Source of the DNA: the human T2T-CHM13v2.0 reference genome, Homo sapiens
Direction: 5' to 3' (one strand)
NCBI RefSeq assembly: GCF_009914755.1
Contig: NC_060933.1
DNA: 64,000 nucleotides
In this document: positions 55,441 to 64,000 of the stretch, one piece after another
How positions within the stretch are numbered: position 1 is the stretch's first letter
Layout: each line of letters begins with the position of its first letter
Notes under the pieces: generated by a model
The model's input: only the letters and a program-made list of their open reading frames with translations
Database searches by the model: none
What the model was told of the DNA's origin: nothing
Program-made: the position numbers and the translations under genes

Positions 55441-56741
55441 TTTAACCAGGGAGTTACAGATAACTTCGTTAACTGCGTGAAGGAATTGTCCTGAACTCAG
55501 TCTCTGTGGCCAACCTAGCCTCCAGGATCTCTAGGATGCTAGGACGGGAGTGGAGACCCTTGGACCAGGCTAACCACCATGTGCCATCCTCCACACACCC
55601 CTGCCCACAGGACTAGGAATTCCTGCAGTGCAGGGACTCTGTCTGCTGCCTGGCACAGAATGGTTGCCCAAACATACTTGTTGAGGTAAACGGAATGGCA
55701 GTCAATACAAAAACTCACCCTCACTCTGCACACCACCATAGCCACTGCTGGCTAGCAGGCACCCTAGCCAGGCTGGGAGATAACATGGCGGCTGGCAGCA
55801 GCTTGGGCTTTGACCGGACCAGTGGTTAGTAGGGTGGGAGAGAATCCTGAGCCTAGGATGGGGCGGGGACTGGAGCAAGGCACCTGGAATCCAGAAATCT
55901 GGGGGTAAGCCAAGGCAGACCCACCGCCCCAGTGCACTTCTGTTTTCTATCTCCAGTCTCATGGCTCCCTGGACCCCCAAAAGTTATGAAAACTAAACCA
56001 GAGCTGAGACCTGGGCTAGGAAGGAATTGCCTGTCAACCCGAGGGGTGCAAAGAGGAACCACCATTGGGTCCATTAAGAAATCCACAAATAAAACAAAAA
56101 TAAATCAGTGTGACACAGACAACTTGGCTGAAGGAAACGTTTCTCTCTGTGCCTCAGCCCTGCTCCAGGGCTACCAAACAGATCAGGCTTAATATTTAAA
56201 ATGTTTAATAGTTAAAATTTTTTAACAATTTAACTTTAAAAAGGTCACACATTTTCTGATCCAGCAATGCCCCAATCAGATTGTTTCATTTTATTATTAT
56301 TATCAACACTGTCCCCTTTTTGGCACCTGTAAAATAGTTCCTTTCGGGAGTTTGGAGCCAGGCCAGGCACCGTCGGTGCATGGGATAAGATGGGCAGGTT
56401 TGGAGCTCCTCTGTCTAGTGAGGATCACCGTCTGCAGAGAAGGGTTGGCCTCCCCGTCTCCCATCAAGGCTTAAAGCAAGGAGAACCATCCCGAATTTGG
56501 TTCCTTTTCCCCTAAGTATCCTTAGAGGCAATCCACTCTGTGACTAGGTGACTAGGTGAAGGACTGAGGTCCAGAAAGGAGCTATCTTAAAACTGGAATC
56601 CCATTTCCTAGTCTGCAGCCTTAAGCAGTTTCCCTCTCAGACAACTAGTCCTCTCCTTTCTCCCCATGAAAACCCATGGCTTAGAGGGATGGTTGTTGCT
56701 TTCCCTAAAGAAATTCAGGAAGGGAGATCTGAGGGTCATTT

Positions 56742-59164
56742 CTCAGCGGTGGCATTCTTTAAAGGGGATGCAGCCTGACTGCCAGGAGGAGAGAACGAGT
56801 CGGCCGAGCCAATGCGCATGCGCGAGGCACGAGCAGCTTCTCCCTTCACAGTGGTTTCCACAGTTGTCTTAGAAACCAGTCCCGAGGCTTGGCAAAGGGG
56901 GAGACTTCCGTGGCAATGCTTGGGTGTCAAGGCTCTGAGGATCCGGCCTGACCTCTCCACTGGGGTGAGGGGAAAGTCTCCGGATGCCAAGAGTCACAAA
57001 GGGCTGAACAGGGTGAGGAAACCCGACACAGAGTCCGGAAAAGGCAGCATGGAATCCCTCCCTCAGGCCTGCCTGGACGGTGTTGGTTGGGGTGAGTCTC
57101 CCCAAAAGTCATGACGTGGTGATCTCGAGGACAGGACGGCCTGCGTGCCGCTGGGGTGCTCTCTCACCGAAGGGTCGTTCTCGTTGAAAGCAGAACCCCA
57201 CAGCCTCAGGGGTTGCCTGGGTGTGTGTGTTTCAAAGCCTTTGCTGTAAGACTCTGTGTGTGTGTCTGTGTGTGTATGTGTGTGTGTGTGTGTGTGTATC
57301 CTATTCTCTCTTCTCTGTCTCTCAGTCTCTGTGTGTTTCTTTCCCTCTCTCGGTCGGTTTGTGTGTGTGTTCCCCTTGTGCGTGTGTGTCCTTGGCTGAA
57401 TGTGCCCTATGCGCCACAAAGCTGCTTCTCACATGGCGGACTGTCTTTGGTGAGCCTGTTTCTGCCTCTCTGCCAGGGTCATGAGGCCGGTTGTCAATCC
57501 TTTTTGCCAACGCGGTTCCGCTTTGGGTGTTTGAAGGCCTGGCCCACGTGAGGAGATGCTTCGGTCCCAGAGCAATTGAAATATCATCCCCATCCTGAGC
57601 GGCCTCTTTTCTAAGATCAAGATGAACACACTGCAGATGAGGACACGAGCCCCACAGGAGCTCTTTCTCCCGCAGGAGACCAGCAGACCCACGTCAGAGA
57701 AGATGCTTGTATCTTTTCATGGCTCTTCTCTGAGAAATGAAGCCACACCACAATACGGTCTGGAAGAGGAAGCTGGGAATGGGAGATGGAAACAATCCCT
57801 GTCAATGGAACGCTGGCCTCTCTGGACAAGCCACCGTTTTGGAACCCCACCCCTTATGACCCTGGCAGTGGAACGATGATATATCCTGCCTGGCCGCCGG
57901 CGTCTGCCCTGTCCTCCCTCCTGCTGTGCCTCACCTGTTTCTCAAGTGCCTCGATGCCTCTCGCTGACGCCCAATGTCTTCAACAAAGATGACTTACCAG
58001 TCCATCAGGGAGACATTTCTTCGAGATCCGTGTCGTGATTGTTTCTCTATCCAAACGTGTTTCTGCTTGAATGGGCAGGTCTCATGACCTGGGAGCTCCT
58101 GGCTTCCATTCGTGTCTCAGGCAGGGAAGCTTCCTTCTTCTCCACGTTTCCCCTCATGGGTGGGTGGATTGCCTAGAATGAGCGCTAGGCGACCGTGACA
58201 GGCCCTGTCTTCCAGGAAAGGTAGTGTCGCATTTCCTCTGCACTTCCTGTCTCATTCATGAGGGACATCCTCTCCTCTGCTCCTGGGTGGACTGACTCCC
58301 TTGATCTTCTGGCCGAAACGAATGCCAGGGAACCAAAGGGACTGGGCTGGGGCTGGGGCTGGGGCTGTGGCTGGGCGCAGCCGAAGTTGCGTCAGGGCTA
58401 CCAGGGCGGTGGAGGATTGGGGGTGGGGCGAATTTTGCAGAAACCTCTTTGCTCCTCTGGTAGGCATTCGAAAACGTGGCTTGGCTCCGGCACAGGCCCC
58501 TCACCCCCCGGGTCCTAGGTGTTCTTCGATTTTCCTTGGCATTGATGGAAAGTTCACCCGTTTCCCCATTCAACCGGCACATGCCTGGACACCACCCTCT
58601 GTTTCGCCGTCGCCCCGTATGCCTCCGGTGACACACATTAACACCAACTGCTGTGGGATAGGCCAGTGCCACACGTGGTCACATGGTCTCCACCTCGGAT
58701 TCGCCCCTGTTCCTCTATGCAGGTGTGCTGTAAAGCGCGGTCAGCTTTCCGGAACCCCAGGGCTTTTAGAAGCGGGGCTGGCCACTGCTCTTTCAAAGGA
58801 GGAGGGAGGCAGAGGGCTGATGGATGAGTGAATTTGCAGCTGACACTAGGCCTTGAGACCTATGGGATCATTCTGTGCTGCAGCGAGGCCCTGCCGGCCT
58901 GAACAGATGTGGTGAGCCCATCCTATCTCACACGAAGGGGGCCAAAATGGGATCTGAATGGGAGTCCGGAAAACACAGCAGGCATCCTGAAGCTCCCTCT
59001 CCCTCGGTGGAAGTCGGCTCAAGCAGGACCTGAGGTGAGGACTCCTCGGGGTTTGGCCCTGGGACAGGAGAAGACACCCGCGACGCCCTCTCCCACGCCG
59101 CCCCAAACTGGACCCCGGGTCTAGCCGCCACCGCGGGGGTAGCAGGAGCCTCGCTGCTGCCGCG
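56742..59164 (+). repeat. SST1 macrosatellite monomer, 2423 bp
   Basis: 'ctcag.ggtggca...tttaaagggga' recurs at 56742 and 59165. Confidence 0.9.
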
Positions 59165-59665
59165 CTCAGAGGTGGCAGTATTTAAAGGGGACCCAGCCTG
59201 ACTGCCAGGAGCGGAGCGCGAGTTGGCTCACCCAACGCGCATGCGCAAGGCGCGAGTGGCTTCTCCAGTCACAGTACTTCCCACGGTTGTCTTAGAAACC
59301 AGTCCCGGAGGCTGGGTGAAGAAGGAGCCCTCCGTGGCTGTGCTTGGGTTTCCGGGCTCTGAGGCTCCGGCCTAACCTCTTCACCGGGTCGACGGGAACG
59401 TCCCCAGATTCCAGGAGTCCCAAAGGGCCAAGTACCATGAGGAAAGCCCAGCGGAGATGGGGGAAGCAGCACGGGATCCCAGCCTCAGGCCTGCCCGGAC
59501 GGTGTTGGTTGGGGTGAGTCTCCCCAAAAGTCGTGCCTCCGTCTGTGATCTCTAGGACAGGTCGGCCTGCGTGCCCCTGGGCTGCTCTCTCACCCGAGGG
59601 TCGTTCTCGTAGAGAGCAGAACATCACAGCTTCAGGGATTGCCCATGGGTGTGTTTTTCAATGCC
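59165..59665 (+). repeat. SST1 partial monomer truncated by an inversion junction
   Basis: Colinear with 56742-57239, then switches orientation. Confidence 0.88.
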
Positions 59666-62096
59666 CTCCTCCTTTGAAAGAGCAGTGGCCTGCCCCGCTT
59701 CTAAAAGCCCTGGGGTTCCGAAAAGCGGACCGCGCTTTACAGGACACCTGCAAAGAGGAACAGAGGCGAATCCGAGGGGGAGACCATGTGACCACGCGTG
59801 GCACTGGCCAATCCCACAGCAGTTGGTGTTAATGTGTGTCACCGGAGGCATACGAGGCGACGGTGAAACAAAGGGTGGTGTCCAGGCATGTGCCGGTGGA
59901 AGGGGGAAACGGGTGACCTTTCCATCAATGCCAAGGAAAATCAAAGAACACCTGGGACCCGGGGGTTGGGGGGGGCCGCCTGTGCCTGACCCAAGCCACG
60001 TTTTCAAATGCCTACCAGAGGAGCAAAGGGGTTTCTGCAAAACTCGCAACACCCCCAAACCTCCACCAACCTGGTAGCCCTGAGGCAACTTCGGCTGCAC
60101 CCAGCCCCAGCCCCAGCCCCAGCCCCCAGCCCTAGCCCAGTCCCTTTGGTTCCCTGTCATTCATTTCGGCCATAAGTTCAAGGGAGTCAGTCCACCCAGG
60201 AGCACAGGAGAGGATGTCCCTCAAAAATGAGACAGGAAGTGCAGAGGAAATGCGACACCACCTGTCTTGGAAGACAAGGCCAGTCACGGTCGCCTAGCGC
60301 TCATTCTAGGCAATCCACCCACCCATGAGGAGAAACGTGGAGAAGGAAGCTTCTCTGTCTGAGACAACTAAGGAAGCCAAGAGCTCCCGGGTCATGAGAC
60401 CTGCCCAATCAACCAGAAAGACGTTTGGACAGAGAAACAATCTCGACACGAGTCTCCAGGACGTGTCTCCCTGACGGAGTGGGAAGTCATCTTTGTTGAA
60501 GGCATTTGGCCAGAGCCAGAGGCATCCAGGCCCCTGAGAAACAGGGGAGGCAGAGCAAGAGTGAGGACAGATCAGAGGCCGGAGCTCAGGCAGGATACAG
60601 AACCGTGCCACGGCCACGGGCATAAGGGGTGGTGTTCCAAAAGGGTGGCTTGTGCAGGGATGCCAGCATTCCAGGGACAGGGAGTTTTGCCATCTCTCAT
60701 TCCCGGGTTCCTCTTGCAGACTGTATCGTGGTGTGGCTTCATTTCTCAGAGAAGAGCCGTGAAAAGACTCAAGCATCTTCTCTGACGTGGGTCCGCTGCT
60801 CTCCTGTGGGACAAAGAGCTCCTGTGGGACTCTTGTCCTCGTCTGAAGTGTGTTCATCTTGATCCTAGAAAAGAGGCCGCTCAGGATGGGGATGAGACTT
60901 CAATTGCTCTGGGACCGAAGCATCTCCTCACGTGGGCCAGGCTTTCACACACCCAAAGCGGATTGGAGGCGGCGAAAAGCATTGACAACCAGCCTCATGA
61001 AACAGGCAGAGACGCAGAAAGAGGCTGAGCAAAGACAGACCGTCATGTGAGAAACCGCTCTGTGGCGCACAGGGCACATTCAGCCAAAGACAAACACGCA
61101 CACGAGCACACACACACAAACCCACAGAGGGTGGGAAAGAAACACGCAGAGACTGAGAGACAGGGAGAGAAAAGAGAATGGGAGACACACACACCGACAC
61201 ACACACACACAAACACACACCCACGGAGTCATACAGCAGAGTCATTGAAACACACACCTCCAGGCAACCCCTCAGGCTGCGGGGTTCTGCTCTGGAGGAG
61301 AAAGACCCTCAGGTGAGAGAGCAGCCCAGGGGCACGCAGGCCGAACCGTCCTCGAGATCACAGACGGCGGCACGACTTTGGGGAGACTCACCCCAACCAA
61401 CACCGTCCGTGCAGGCCTGAGGCTGGGATCCCGTGCTGCTTTCCCCGTTTCCGCCTGGGGTTTCATCATAATGGTCCGCCCTTTGCGACTCCTGGCATCC
61501 GGAGACTTTCCCTTCGACTCATGGAGAGGTGAGGCCTTAGCCTCAGAGCTTCGACACCCAAGCACTGCCACGGAGGGCTCCTGCTCTGCCAAGCCTCGGG
61601 GACTGGTTTCTAAGACAACCGTGGGAACCACTGTGATGGGAGAAACCGCTCCCGCCTCGCGCATGCGCATTGGCTGAGACGACTCCCGCTCCACTTCTGA
61701 GAGATTGGCTGCGTCCCCTTTAAATATCGCCACCGCCACGCGGCGGCCGGGATGCTCCTGCTGCAGCCACGGTGGCAGCTGGATCCTGGGTCCTGTTTGG
61801 GGCGGCGTGGGAGAGGGGGCCGCGGGTGTCTCGTCCTGTCCCAGGCCCAAACCCCCAGGGGTCCTGTCCTCAGGAGCTGCTTCAGCCGACTTCCACCGAG
61901 GGAGGGGGAGCTTCAGGACGCCTGCTGTGTTCTCCGGACTCCCGCTGAGATCCGATTTTGGCCCCCTCCGAGTGAGATAGGATGGGCTCACCACATCTGG
62001 AGAGGCTGGCAGGGCCTCGCTGCAGCACAGAATGATCCCATAGGTCTCAAGGCCTAGTGTCAGCTGCAAGTTCACTCATCCATCAGCCCTGTCTCC
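59666..62096 (-). repeat. SST1 monomer, inverted, 2431 bp
   Basis: 'ctcctcctttgaaagagcagtggcc' at 59666 and 62097 is the reverse complement of 58782-58806. Confidence 0.9.
60850..61316 (+). other. FAM27-like disrupted reading frames inside SST1 (not supported as a real CDS)
   Basis: 'LEKRPLRMGMRLQLLWDRSISSRGPG' recalls FAM27D-type predicted proteins; broken by a stop/frameshift and not kept open across monomers. Confidence 0.5.
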
Positions 62097-63506
62097 CTCC
62101 TCCTTTGAAAGAGCAGTGGCCAGCGCCACTTGTAAAAGCCCTGGGGTTCCGGAAAGCCGACCGCGCATTACAGGACACCTGCAATGAGGAACAGAGGCGA
62201 ATCCGAGGGGGAGACCATGTGACCACGCGTGGCACTGGCCAATCCCACAGCAGTTGGTGTTAATATGTGTCACCGGAGACATACCGCGCGACGGCAAAAC
62301 AAAGAGTGGGGTCCAGGCTTGTGCCGGTGGAAGGGGGAAACGGGTGACATTTCCATCAATGTCAAGGAAAATCTAAGAACGCCTGGGACCCGGGGGGTGG
62401 GGGGGCCGCCTGTGCCTGACCCAAGCCACGTTTTCGAATGCCTACTAGAGGAGCAAAGAGGTTTCTGCAAAATTGGCAACACCCCCAATCCTCCACTGAC
62501 CTGGTTGCCCTGACGCAATTTCGGCTGGCACAAACCCACAGATAGTGGGAAAGAAACACACAGAGACTGAGAGACAGAGAGAGAAGAGAGAATGGGAGAC
62601 ACACACACAGACACACACACACGCACACACACACACGCAGAGTCATACAGCAGAGGCATTGAAACACACACCCCCAGGCAACCCCTGAGGCTGCGGGTTT
62701 CTGCTCTGGAGGAGAAAGACCCTCGGGTGAGAGAGTAGCCCAGGGGCACGCAGGCCGACCCGTCCTCGAGATCACGGATGGCGGCACGACTTTTGGGGAG
62801 ACTCACCCGAACCAACGCCGACCGTGCAGGCCTGAGGCTGGGATCCCATGCTGCTTCCTCCGTCTCCGCCTGGGGTTTCATCATCATGGTCCACCCTTTG
62901 CGACTCCTGGCATCCGGGGACGTTCCTTTCGACCCCGTGGCAGGTGAGGCCAGAGCCTCAGAGCCTCGACACCCAAGCACTGCCATGGAGGGCTCCTGGA
63001 CTGCCAAGCCTCGGGGCCTGGTTTCTAAGACAACCCTGGGAACCACTGTGATGGGAGAAACCGCTCCCGCCTCGCGCATGCGCATTGGCTGAGCCGACTG
63101 GCGCTCCACTCCTGACAGATAGGCTGCGTCCCCTTTAAATATAGCCACCGCCGCGCCGCGATGCTCCTGCTGCCGCCACGGCGGTGGCTGGATCCTGGGT
63201 CCTGTGTGGGGCGGCGTGGGAGAGGGGGCCGCGGGTGTCTCCTCCTGTCCCAGGCCCAAACCCCAGGGGTCCTGTCCTCAGGACCTGCTTGAGCCGACTT
63301 CCACCAAGGGAGGGGGAGCCTCAGGAGGCCTGCTGTGTTCTCCCGACTCCCGTTGAGATCCGATTTTGGCCCCCTCCGAGTGAGATAGGATGGGCTCACC
63401 ACAATTGGAGGGGCTGGCAGGGCCTCGCTGCAGCACAGAATGATCCCATAGGTCTCAAGGCCTAGTGTCAGCTGCAAATTCACTCATCCATCAGCCCTCT
63501 GCCTCC
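62097..63506 (-). repeat. SST1 short monomer, 1410 bp (NBL2-sized, ~1.02-kb internal deletion)
   Basis: Anchor recurs at 62097 and 63507; deletion junction at ~62528. Confidence 0.9.
63073..63143 (+). promoter_or_regulatory. NRF1-CCAAT-TATA cassette of an SST1 monomer
   Basis: CGCGCATGCGCA 63073-63084, ATTGG 63084-63088, TTTAAATATA 63134-63143; homologs at 61658-61726, 59179-59247 and 56756-56824. Confidence 0.6.
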
Positions 63507-64000
63507 CTCCTCCTTTGAAAGAGCAGTGGCCAGCCCCGCTTGTAAAAGTCCTGAGGTTCCGGAAAGCGGACCGCGGTTTACAGGACACCTGTAAAGAGGA
63601 ACAGAGGTGAATCCGAGGGGGAGACCATGTGACCACGCGTGGCACTGGCCAATCCCACAGCAGTTGGTGTTAATGTGTGTCACCGGAGGCATACGGCGCG
63701 ACGGCGAAACAAAGGGTGGGGTCCGGGCATGTGCTGGTGGAAGGGGGAAACAGGTGACCTTTCCGTCAATACCAAGGAAAATCAAAGAACACCTGGGACC
63801 CTGGGGGGTGGGGGGCCGCCTGTGCCTGACCCAAGCCACGTTTTCGAATGCCTACCAGAGGAGCAAAGAGGTTTCTGCAAAATTCGCAACACCCCCAATC
63901 CTCCACCGACCTGGTAGCCCTGACGCAGCTTCGGCTGCACCCAGCCCCAGCCCCAGCCCCCAGCCCTAGCCCAGTCCCTTTGGTTCCCTGACATTCGTTT
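63507..64000 (-). repeat. SST1 monomer (long type), runs off the window
   Basis: Retains the (CCCCAG)n tract at 63941-63975 that the short monomer lacks. Confidence 0.88.

Noticed and set aside
61272-63259. 267-aa and 329-aa ORFs in the satellite
   Set aside because: GC-rich satellite frames not kept open between monomers; the longer one crosses the deletion junction.
56742-64000. D4Z4/DUX4 or rDNA identity for the GC-rich tandem repeat
   Set aside because: The period is 2.4/1.4 kb, not 3.3 kb; no double homeobox or rRNA sequence is present.

Overview
Primate (human/great-ape type) non-coding genomic DNA with no supportable protein-coding gene; the ORF track is explained by Alu, MaLR and macrosatellite reading frames or chance. 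Three blocks are visible. (1) 1-5316: repeat-rich flank with Alus, an L1 fragment split by a full-length THE1A LTR element, and a MaLR solo LTR. (2) ~7232-56741: ~49.5 kb of euchromatin-like DNA with MIR/L2/Alu elements, a Y1 RNA retrocopy, four CpG islands and developmental-enhancer signatures (a DR5 retinoic-acid element, PBX-HOX plus MEIS modules). From recollection, not from a search, it looks like a FAM242-family duplicon of the region 3' of the HOXC cluster. (3) SST1/NBL2-type GC-rich macrosatellite on both sides of block 2: one partial monomer at 5317-7215 and an array from 56742 to the window end. The two satellite edges are in the same orientation and almost in register, so block 2 looks inserted into a single SST1 monomer, just downstream of that monomer's NRF1-CCAAT-TATA cassette. 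The right array has an orientation switch at ~59665 and mixes 2.4-kb monomers with one 1.41-kb deleted monomer.
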